Source: Octopus sinensis | Taxonomy: Eukaryota | NCBI RefSeq assembly: GCF_006345805.1 | Contig: NW_021825630.1 | Location: forward strand, 1-15,713 | Direction of reading: 5' to 3' | DNA: 15,713 nt | Shown: positions 1-8,472 of the stretch, one piece after another | Layout of the letters: the number at the start of each line of letters is the position of its first letter | Numbering within the stretch: the stretch's first letter is position 1 | Notes under the pieces: generated by a model | Databases searched by the model: none | What the model was told of the DNA's origin: nothing | The model's input: the letters and a program-made list of their open reading frames with translations, nothing else | Program-made: the position numbers and the translations under genes

Positions 1-884
1 CCATCGCATGTAGATTCTGGAATATTACCCATGAGTAAAATAACAATAGTAATAATAAGATGTATAAAATATAAGAGTAATTGGAATGAAATTTTGCGTA
101 TACAGGAAGAAGAGGTCTTTAAAAACTAAATGTACCTTCGTTGGAACAGAAATATTTCAGTGAAATTACATTTCTTCAGTGCTTTTTCAGTCTGGCGATG
201 ATGCTGTTAATCGACATGTCATGCAAGACTAAAGACAGTGACAGATGTTCTGGTTGAACAACTAGCTAGCTCCTGAAGCTTACGGCAAACGATACGGTCC
301 CGGTAATAAACAATTAGACACACTCCTGCAGACAGTACACGAATCCATTCGAGAAATAGCTTAATGAATCAGATTGAAAAAATGCTCCTAGAGAATACTG
401 AAGACAGGAAAAATTAATTAAGAGCAATATGTTGAAGATAAGGAAACTAAGATAAAAAAGAAAGAAATTAGACCGACACAGACCCACAAATATTTAGGTA
501 TGTGTGAATGAAACAGTTTACAACAAGACAAAATAAAAACACCTGGTTAGAATGGAACGTTATAAATGTTTTATGAAAACATTTAAAGAGGCGATCTGTG
601 TGCCAGAAAATACGGGAAGCTGATCCAGACAACTTCTGTGAAGCTAGCTCAACCACCCAAGAGCTATGCCGTAACCAAACTCACATTCATGTAACAAAGA
701 AAAACAGACAAAATCTCTCTCCTTTTTCTTTTTAAGAGAGATGGGTGAGATATGGGTGGGTTAGTGTTCTTTAGGAATTCGGTTAATCCAGATTAAGAAT
801 TTTTGTATGAATTGTGTTGAAAGAGCGAGGTGCTGATTATTGAGACATGGAATTGTGGACAACTGTAATTAATCAGGGTGTTAG

Positions 885-1423
885 GTGTGTGTGTGTGTGT
901 GCGCGCGCGCGTACGTGCAATAAAGAGATTTAAAGAGATAGTAAAAGAGAGAGGGAGAGAGAGAGTGCAGTGTGAATAGGGGCGAATTAGAGCACATATG
1001 TGTGTGAAGGGAGAGAAAGGAGGAGGTGGAAAGATGAAGTCACAGAGAAAGAGAGAGTGTGTGTGTGTGTGTGTGTAAGAAAAAGGCAGAAAGATAGAGG
1101 GGAAGAGAGAGGGGAGAGGATGGAGAAGAGAGAGAGAGTGCTTGTGAATAGGAGCATATATGTGTATGCAGAGAGTGAGAGAGAGAAAGACGTGGAAAGA
1201 AAAAGTAAGAGAGAAAGAGAGAGAAAGTGTGTGAGTATGAATGAATAGGTAGGTGAGAGGGAGATGGGAGTGTTCTATGATGAGTGAAGAAGTTATGTGT
1301 ATCTGTGAGTTTATGAGGTGCGTAAGTGCGTATGTGTGTGTACTCATAGGTGTGCGTGTGTATGAGTGTTTATATATGTGTATATATGTGTGTATAAATA
1401 TATGTATATATATATGTATAATA

Positions 1424-1464
<41 letters not shown>

Positions 1465-1581
1465 AGATGGGTGGATGTGTAGTTATTTCTACACACATAT
1501 AAAGATGTTTATGTATGCAAATATAAGTGCTGCATGTGTATGGGTGTTTTAGTGAATGAGACAAACAAACAGATACAAGGA

Positions 1582-1656
<75 letters not shown>

Positions 1657-1825
1657 GTATTAGAAAAAAAAGAAAAGGGAAAATACATACAGAACAGAAG
1701 AGACAAACAGTGAAAGCCTGTATATGTGTGAGAGAGCAGAGAAGAGAGAGAGAGGGAGAGAAAGAGAGAAACAAAGAAAGGCTTGGTGAGAGAGAGAGAG
1801 AGAGAGGAGAGAGAGAAAGAGAGAA
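885..1825. repeat. Compound microsatellite mosaic: (GT)n, (CG)5, degenerate (GA)n, (TA)n, (GAAA)n
   Basis: Directly visible: (GT)n(GC)5 at 885-910, purine-rich GA tracts at ~945-1260 and ~1730-1825, TA tract at ~1430-1461. Confidence 0.95.
1580..1655. repeat. (GAAA)19 tetranucleotide microsatellite
   Basis: 76 bp of perfect GAAA units counted from the sequence. Confidence 0.97.
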
Positions 1826-1989
1826 TTATATATCAATTAATGGAAGGTTCGGCCGAAATTTCCTAATTAGACTATCACAGTTGATTATGTAATTTAATTT
1901 TGTAAATTAGTTATCAGCAAGGAATGCCGGATTTCGAAGTTAATGGTGGAACAGATTTTTGTGTTAGTTTATTTAAATATAGCCTTAGC

Positions 1990-2031
1990 ATTCATCATCA
2001 TCATCGTCATTGTCATCATCCTCATCATAAT

Positions 2032-2072
<41 letters not shown>

Positions 2073-2330
2073 GCACTATGCTAACACTATCAACATCAAT
2101 CGGTTACACTATCGCCACCACAACCACCACCAATCTGATCCTCCTCCTCCTCATCATCATCATCATCGTCATCATCATTATTGTCATTATCATCATCAGC
2201 ATCAGCAGCATTATCATCATCATCATCATCGTCATTATCATCATCATCATCTTCATCATCATTATTATCATCATCATTATTATCATCATCATCATCATCA
2301 TCACCATCATCATCGTCATCATCATCATCG

Positions 2331-2382
<52 letters not shown>

Positions 2383-3425
2383 TATCATCATCATCATCAT
2401 GTTCCTCATAATAATAATAATTATTATTATTATTAAAATATCAATGTCATTGTCGTCATCATCATCATCCACCTCCTCCTCCTCCTTTTCGTCATCATCA
2501 TCATCATCATCATCATCAAGCCATAATCCATTCTTATCACCATGGCCGGTACCGCCACACCCTCCCAATTATCATCATTATCATCCTTATCTTCGTCCTT
2601 ATCCTTATCACCGTCCTCATCTTTCAACGTTATCACTAGCACCATCGCTACTGCCACCCCAACTTCCTCTACCACTACCACCACCACCTTCATCATCATC
2701 GTCATCATCACTATTGTCGTCAACATGAAGAACTGGAGCAGTAGCGAAATTACTATCACCTAACACATTATTAGAATGCCACCCCGCCATCTCTGCTGAA
2801 CACTACTACCATAACGATCTCTAATACCGCCAGTATCACCATTAACACCACTACCTATACACTTATCCACGACTGCAACTTCATTCAACGCTAACACTAC
2901 CACTACTGACTCCACCACGCCACCCACTACCAAAACCTCAGCCAATACCACCACCATCCCTATCACCATCACCACCACTACCTCCACACTCATCCTTACT
3001 ACCACCTCACTCAACACAATCACCACCACCATCGATATCACCTCCACCGCCTCCAACATCACACTTCACCCACTACTAACACCCCAACATTACTGCGGCT
3101 GCAATCACCAAAACCGTATTCTAGACTATCATCGCCTCAGTCACCATTATCAGCACCAGCACCAGCACCACCATCAATACTACACTACCACAATTACCGT
3201 ACCATAGACTATCACCGTTTCAACTACCACTATCACTTGCACCATCAATGCTACAGCCACAACCATAACATTTTCAACAGTCACCATTTCACTATCTCCA
3301 CCACAATCGGAATTAGTGTCTACCACTTCAACTACCACTACCACCACCGCCACCTCAACCACTACTATCGCTATCTGAAGCATAATTGTCACTATCTCCA
3401 GCGCTAGTAGTTACTCCACCACCAA
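1990..3425. repeat. (CAT)n/(CAG)n/(TAT)n triplet array grading into a degenerate (ACC/ACT/ATC)n cryptic simple sequence
   Basis: Near-perfect CAT runs at ~1990-2520, (CAG)7 at ~2049-2072, then a G-poor, A/C-rich 3-nt-periodic tract to ~3425. It produces poly-H/I/S/M/D ORFs in overlapping frames. Confidence 0.93.
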
Positions 3426-3448
3426 GACCTATTCTGCAAAGACCTATT

Positions 3449-3750
3449 GTTTGTTCCTTCTCGAGCCACGCCTGACTCATAAGGGCCGGTTTCCCGGTTT
3501 CCTTGGCGTATAGGTTCCACACCTGGACGGGACGCCAGTCCGTCGCAGGTGAGCTGCAAGATGCGGGAGGAAAGAGTAAGAGAAATTTGTGGCGAAAGAA
3601 TCAGCAGAAGTTCGCCATTACCCTCTGCCGGAGCCGCGTGGTGCTTAAGTGTTTTGCTTATAAATACTCACATCACCGGGTCTGAGATTCGAACATGTGA
3701 TCCCTCGACTATGAGTCCACTGCTCTAACCACTAGGCTATGTGCCTCCAC
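3449..3750 (-). mobile_element. Full-length tRNA-derived SINE (~302 bp) with 12-bp target-site duplication
   Basis: The minus strand starts GTGGAGGCACA, with A box TAGCCTAGTGG (3729-3739), B box GTTCGAATCTC (3684-3694) and a short AAC-type tail. It is flanked by the direct repeat CAAAGACCTATT at 3437-3448 and 3751-3762. The segment CTGCGACGGACTGGCGTCCCGTCCAGG (~3522-3549) resembles the V-SINE core as I recall it (inference). Confidence 0.9.
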
Positions 3751-3762
3751 CAAAGACCTATT

Positions 3763-3980
3763 AGAAATAACCTTTTCCATTATAGACACAGGGTCTGAAA
3801 TTGTATGGGAATTGGCTAGTTGATTGCACCGACACCAGTGCTTAACTGCTACTTATTTTGTCGATTCCGACAGGATGAAAAGTAAAGTCAACTTCGACGA
3901 AATTTCAAATCAGAACATTAAGCCGGAAGAAATGCGCGAAGCATTTTGTCCGGCGTGCTAACGAATCTACCATCTTGCCT
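3763..3980 (-). mobile_element. Degenerate tRNA-headed SINE with a conserved-core-like body (Meta/MESC-like)
   Basis: The minus strand begins AGGCAAGATGGTAGATTCGTTAGCACGCCGG (A-box-like), then has a degenerate B box and GTTGACTTTACTTTTCATCCTGTCGGAATCGACAAAATAAGTAGCAG. The latter resembles the core of mollusc SINEs from recall; the family assignment is unverified. Confidence 0.65.
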
Positions 3981-4200
3981 AATTTCCCTTAAACGACACC
4001 CTACTAATAAGGAAAGGACTTATTGTATAACGTAAACCTAACTATACTATGTTTGGAAAAGCATGGGATGATCATAGTTAGACCGTTTATGACCGTAGGT
4101 CGCCTAGATCAAAAAAGAACTGAGACTAAATAATAAAATACACGAAGTTTGAATATCTGACGGGTTTGTCACTTCTTCCGCCACTGTCACTCCTACTAAG

Positions 4201-4242
4201 ACCACCACCACTACCACCACCACCACCACCACCACCACCACC
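4201..4242. repeat. (ACC)n triplet microsatellite
   Basis: Directly visible, with one ACT interruption. Confidence 0.95.
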
Positions 4243-4312
4243 CTACTCTAGACTATCACCGTCTCAGCCACCACTATCAACTCTGCCATCAATACTAAAG
4301 TGACGACCATAA

Positions 4313-4930
4313 CATCCTTTGATCATAAATCTTCCGGAGAGCTCACTTGGAGTTAAATAAGTTACTCTATGAGACAAGTTGGTCACAGCTGGAACGGCTT
4401 TGATCATCTGTCTTTCGCTTCCAGTTTGACCTAGAGCTAAACAACAAGACATTCCATGTCTGAATATTAGATGGGTTTATCACTACTAGAACGTCTTTGA
4501 TCGTAAATATTCTGGGTCAGAGCTAACCTGGAGCTAAATAGCATTATACGCTATGTCTGAATATTAGATGAGCTGGTCACGGCTGGAACGTCTTTGACCG
4601 TATAACTCTTTGAAATGGCCTGAACTAGAGCAAAATAACAAGATACACTATGTCTGAATATTAGATGAGCTGGTCACGGCTGGAACGTCTTTGACCGTAT
4701 AACTCTTCGAAATGGCCTGAACTAGAGCTAAATAACAAGATACACTATGTCTAAATATTAGATGAGCTGGTCACGGCTGGAATGTCATTGATCATATAGC
4801 TCTTGTGCATGGTCTGACCTAGTGATAAATAAAAAGACATCCTATGGCTGAATATTTAACAGGTTAGTCACAGCTGGAATTTCATTGATCGTGTATCTTC
4901 TAGATCTCGAATTACCTAGAGCTAAATAAC
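4313..4930. repeat. 97-bp tandem repeat, ~6 copies
   Basis: The anchor C(C/T)ATG(T/G)CT recurs at 4454, 4551, 4648, 4745 and 4842, an exact 97-bp period. Copies 4551-4647 and 4648-4744 differ at ~2 positions; outer copies are degenerate. Confidence 0.92.
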
Positions 4931-4960
4931 AGCATCGTCATCCTCACAATAAGCAGGTCT

Positions 4961-5162
4961 CAATAATATGACCTCTTTGAAAATCTGCCAGTTCTGCTGA
5001 ACTTTTTGTGCGTGGCATGGTTACTCTTAGCAAATGTTTAATATAATGGTACCTGGAATGAAAATTGAATAATTACATTGTAAATTCTACACTATTGAAA
5101 ATATATTAAGACGCAGAAATTTTGAAAACTAAAGGTGTCTATTTACTTCCTGCATGTCTGTG
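4961..5162 (-). mobile_element. Truncated Tc1/mariner 5' end (TIR, leader, first ~19 transposase codons)
   Basis: About 98% identical by eye to 14765-14965. TIR at ~5130-5162; ATG at 5018 reads MPRTKSSAELADFQRGHII. Confidence 0.85.
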
Positions 5163-5189
5163 TGTGTATATATAAATATTTCTGATACT

Positions 5190-5383
5190 GGCTTAAATTG
5201 GCTATGCTGAAGCATCGCCTTAAGGGGAAATTTTACGTAGAAATCGATCTGAGGACTTATTCTTTATAAGCCTAGTGCTTATTTTATCGGGCTCTTTTGC
5301 TGAACCACTAAGTTACACGCCAATAGCGGTTGTCAAGCGATGGGTAGGGGACAAGCACAGACACAAAGACACACACGCTCATA

Positions 5384-5385
<2 letters not shown>
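5190..5385 (-). mobile_element. SINE body fragment (second copy at ~14993-15190)
   Basis: GGACTTATTCTTTATAAGCCTAGTGCTTATTTTATCGG...GGTTGTCAAGCGATG resembles a very abundant octopus SINE body as I recall it. No pol III head is visible. Confidence 0.5.
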
Positions 5386-5417
<32 letters not shown>

Positions 5418-6260
5418 TCCAGAGGTGAATTATTCAACCCCCAAAGAATTCCTCTCAACACATGATGCTCCCCCACTACTTCTGCTCGTGATCAGAGATG
5501 CACATATCGTCAGCCACAAAGGGACATGATCAACTGGTTAAGGTCAAACAACTGACAAGCAAATCTGTGGTATTGAGCAGAATATTTGCTGTAGCCCATC
5601 TTTTATACCACGACAAAACAATGGTTACTCAGCTTTCTCCATATTGAAGCCAATTTTCAAATCATACCGTAATGTCATAAAATAAAACGAAGAAGCGATA
5701 TTGATAATTAGTTCTAAATATGCTCTCTGAATAATAATACTCACTGTCGACGGGTTAGTCACGTTAAAAATGTCTGTACTTCTGTACTACTTTATATGCA
5801 ATTAATCGATGCATCTGCAGTTAATTGATACCTAAACAGTAATATTGTTATTGCTAACATATATATACACATATGCTGATGTTGATAAGCCACAAAAATG
5901 GCGAAAAATCCATCACTTCTGGACGAGATTTGGGGTGAGTTGTCTCGCCTGTCCATGGTTTTCAAATGCTTTACACTCAGCACTTTGAGATAGTAATCTC
6001 CATCACGCCAAATCGAAGCCTACCGTTGTGCGTTAAGGAAGTGTTGTCCGTAATGTTTATTACATTAGCGCTGTTTCTATTTCATATTTCAACATGTGTG
6101 TATTCGTGTGTGCGTGTGTGTGTTAATATGAGTAACCATGGAAATCCTCTACAGTAAACAAAAAATAAAAGCTTGTTCTGTTCTCTCCCGTTTTTATCAT
6201 ACTGTTACCCTTCGTTTTCGCCCTCATCTCTCGGGATTTGTCAGTTAAATTTGAGAAAGC

Positions 6261-6270
6261 GTCACGTGAC
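6261..6270. promoter_or_regulatory. Perfect palindromic extended E-box GTCACGTGAC (CLEAR/MiT-TFE/USF-type consensus)
   Basis: Exact 10-bp palindrome at the start of a GC-richer island (~6260-6760). Function is not demonstrated. Confidence 0.25.
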
Positions 6271-6699
6271 AACTTGCTGGGGCTGCCTGCTGGAGCCTAG
6301 CAGCAGGTATTTAAAGGAAAAAATTTGACAAGACAGTCAGTCGCCCGCTGACATTCGTTGATGCTACAGTGAAGAGGACAGGGAACAGAAGAAAGAAGAC
6401 ATGCACCCAACACCAGAGCTGAAGACACCTCCGAAAGGGGGGACCCTGTCACGTCAAAACGGTAGAGGAGTAGGGGCCGAAACCGGACGTGGTTCCTCCT
6501 GATGATGTCTTGAGCTAACTGGATCCTATAAAGGAGCTGTTGTGGTAGCAGACCACGAAACACGGTTGAAATTCATCAGTCTTGCAAATTGCATGACGGC
6601 CTCAGAAGTGGTCACCCAATATACACTGTAAAACGGTTAACGTTAGAAACAGCATGCAGCAACATTCAGGAACCGTGCCAAAGCAGATACTAGCGCACA

Positions 6700-6804
6700 A
6701 TGCAGTCTTTGGGTCCATCGGATCCTGTCAAACCGTTAAAACCGATGTCAGCATGGAACATGGACGCTAAATGACGACGATGATGATGGTGGTGTTGGTG
6801 GTGG

Positions 6805-6853
<49 letters not shown>

Positions 6854-6972
6854 AGTGATGATGATGGTGGTGGTGGTATGATGGTGATGATGATGATGAT
6901 GATAATGATGATGACGACGATGGTGATGTTGATGATGATGAATATGATGATGATGACGACGACGACGATGAT
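6700..6972 (+). mobile_element. Probable retroelement 3' terminus with an expanded (GAT)n tail
   Basis: GGATCCTGTCAAACCG...CAGCATGGAACATGGACGCTAAA runs directly into ~200 bp of (GAT)n/(GGT)n. It resembles a common octopus LINE/SINE 3' end from recall. The array itself is certain; the element identity is inferred. Confidence 0.55.
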
Positions 6973-7537
6973 GGCATATTGCAAATATACAAACGAGAGA
7001 TTTTATATTGATTTTCATCAAAATAAATACGTTCATTTAGAAAATTTGCATTCATTTTAGTAATTTGTACAAGAACAATGTAATTTGGGGGAAAAGGCAA
7101 AATAATAATTAATGTACCAACGTAACATTATCTGATATTACCCACAATGCCGAAGTATGATCCCAAGATTCCTGTTTCTAAATAAAAGACGTGATTGTTA
7201 CTACTAGAAAGTGATATGATCACAGGACTGTGTGACCAGGTCTGTCTCATGGTTAAACTAAACTACAACACCGATATAATTTTCACTACCTTCAACGCCG
7301 CCGCCAACAACAACAAAACAACAACTCTACAATTTGACTACTATTTCCAATGCTTGAAACAGAGACCAGGGATATTTGAAAATGAAGTCCTAAACACATT
7401 AACTCTAGTAAAATGTTCGGGATGGACATAACTGGAACGCCTTTGAGCAGAGGTGTGTTCGATTAGGAATGACATGTATCTAAAGTATAGCAAAGCCGAC
7501 CCATTAATAGAGCTAGCTATGCTATCACACAAAAGTA

Positions 7538-7577
7538 AAAATGGCGGCTAAATTTTCCCCCACTCTCGGGATGTAGT
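7538..7577. promoter_or_regulatory. YY1-like site AAAATGGCGGC next to an ACTACA-TCCC-like motif
   Basis: AAAATGGCGGC at 7538-7548 and GGGATGTAGT at 7568-7577 (ACTACATCCC on the minus strand). Motif match only. Confidence 0.25.
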
Positions 7578-7789
7578 CTTTCCTATAGAGCCCAAGAAGA
7601 CATTCCATGGGAGGTCTACTGCTGCTGCTACTACTACTACTACTACTAGCAACAACAACAACAAGACTACCAGTAATGATACATACGTACACAAACATAT
7701 ATACTTAACTATATAGATGTGCCTGCGTGCATAGACACAACACATCCGTATAGACGTGCCTACGTACATGCACACTTTCACTCACACAT

Positions 7790-7848
7790 ACACACGCACA
7801 CACACACGTATATATATATATAATGTACCCTTTATATAGTGTATAACG

Positions 7849-7883
<35 letters not shown>

Positions 7884-7954
7884 TATATATACATTTATAT
7901 ATGTATATAAAACATTATAAATAAATATATACATATATATACATATATAATATG

Positions 7955-8017
<63 letters not shown>
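7790..8017. repeat. (CA)n/(TA)n-rich microsatellite mosaic
   Basis: Directly visible. Confidence 0.95.
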
Positions 8018-8021
<4 letters not shown>

Positions 8022-8041
8022 TAGATAGATAGATAGATAGA
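8018..8041. repeat. (TAGA)6 flanking the LINE 3' end
   Basis: Six perfect units ending 8 bp from the element's AATAAA (8050-8055, minus strand). Confidence 0.95.
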
Positions 8042-8049
8042 TATGTTTC

Positions 8050-8055
8050 TTTATT
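8050..8055 (-). terminator. Polyadenylation signal AATAAA of the LINE 3' UTR
   Basis: TTTATT on the plus strand, followed on the element strand by GAAACATA and then (TCTA)6. Confidence 0.65.
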
Positions 8056-8115
8056 AGCCACACAGGGCTGCACACAGATAGAACAAATTACAAGGTAGAG
8101 CTTTTCTTTTGAAGG

Positions 8116-8150
<35 letters not shown>

Positions 8151-8209
8151 GAAGGGGGAGGTTCGATCAAAAGGGATCGTAAAAGGAGAGAAAGAGGACA
8201 AAAAAAAGG

Positions 8210-8244
<35 letters not shown>

Positions 8245-8337
8245 GGAGAGGAAAAAAAAAAAAAAAAAAAAAAAAAATGATCAATAGGGATCGTTATCAC
8301 AGAAATGTCAATATGAAGTGTAAAGGGGAGGACAGGT

Positions 8338-8387
8338 GAGGTTTACCCGTGGAAAGAAAAGCCTACGGAAAAGACCACGGTAACCTC
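8338..8387 (-). other. 3' UTR stem-loop of the LINE
   Basis: Element strand GAGGTTACCGTGG ... CCACGGGTAAACCTC gives a 13-bp stem with two 1-nt bulges and a 22-nt loop. Confidence 0.6.
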
Positions 8388-8472
8388 GGTCAATGAAGTC
8401 ACATTTTATATTTCTTTTTTTTTTTTTTTTTTTTTTTGCAAATAAGTAACTCTCTGTTTTCGATTTCTGGGT

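Larger units (their letters stand above)
4961..5623 (+). repeat. Copy A of a duplicated composite segment (Tc1 end + SINE body + (TA)n + retroelement 3' end)
   Basis: Colinear direct repeat of 14765-15519 with identical internal junctions; offset 9804 bp at the left end. Confidence 0.93.

Noticed and set aside
1-700. Possible exon or decayed transposase in the unique AT-rich start of the window
   Set aside because: The frames I translated after the candidate acceptor at ~190 hit stops quickly, and I recognised no protein motif.
793-1892. ORFs rich in ER, CV, YI and FLS repeats
   Set aside because: They are translations of GA, GT, TA and GAAA microsatellites.
1924-2763. Long poly-His, poly-Ile, poly-Ser and poly-Met/Asp ORFs (up to 261 aa)
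   Set aside because: Several overlapping frames on both strands are open simply because (CAT)n contains no stop codons. There is no domain content.
2760-3420. Mucin-like Thr-rich or Val-rich reading frames
   Set aside because: The triplet register shifts repeatedly and there are stops, no signal peptide and no supported splice structure; this is a cryptic simple repeat.
3675-3750. tRNA gene
   Set aside because: A and B boxes are present, but the cloverleaf is degenerate and continues into a SINE body bounded by a TSD.
4313-4930. CRISPR-like regular array
   Set aside because: Whole 97-bp units are homologous with no unique spacers, there are no cas genes, and the context is eukaryotic.
6470-6515. 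Hammerhead-ribozyme-like order GAAA - short hairpin - UH - CUGAUGA (GGCCGAAACCGGACGTGGTTCCTCCTGATGA)
   Set aside because: Stem III can form, but there are only 3-4 nt where stem I is needed and the stem II closing pair is a mismatch. CTGAAGA...GAAA at ~6419-6437 also lacks stem II. A covariance-model search would settle it.
6690-7100. Poly-H/S/I/M ORFs
   Set aside because: They are translations of the (GAT)n array.
7782-8339. YI-, poly-K- and poly-F-rich ORFs
   Set aside because: They come from (TA)n and the homopolymers of the LINE 3' UTR.
8415-8437. T23 tract as the LINE poly(A) tail and 3' end
   Set aside because: No AATAAA precedes it and I see no TSD match to the 5' flank. A canonical AATAAA and the TAGA junction lie ~370 bp further on, so I treat it as internal; family alignment is needed to confirm.
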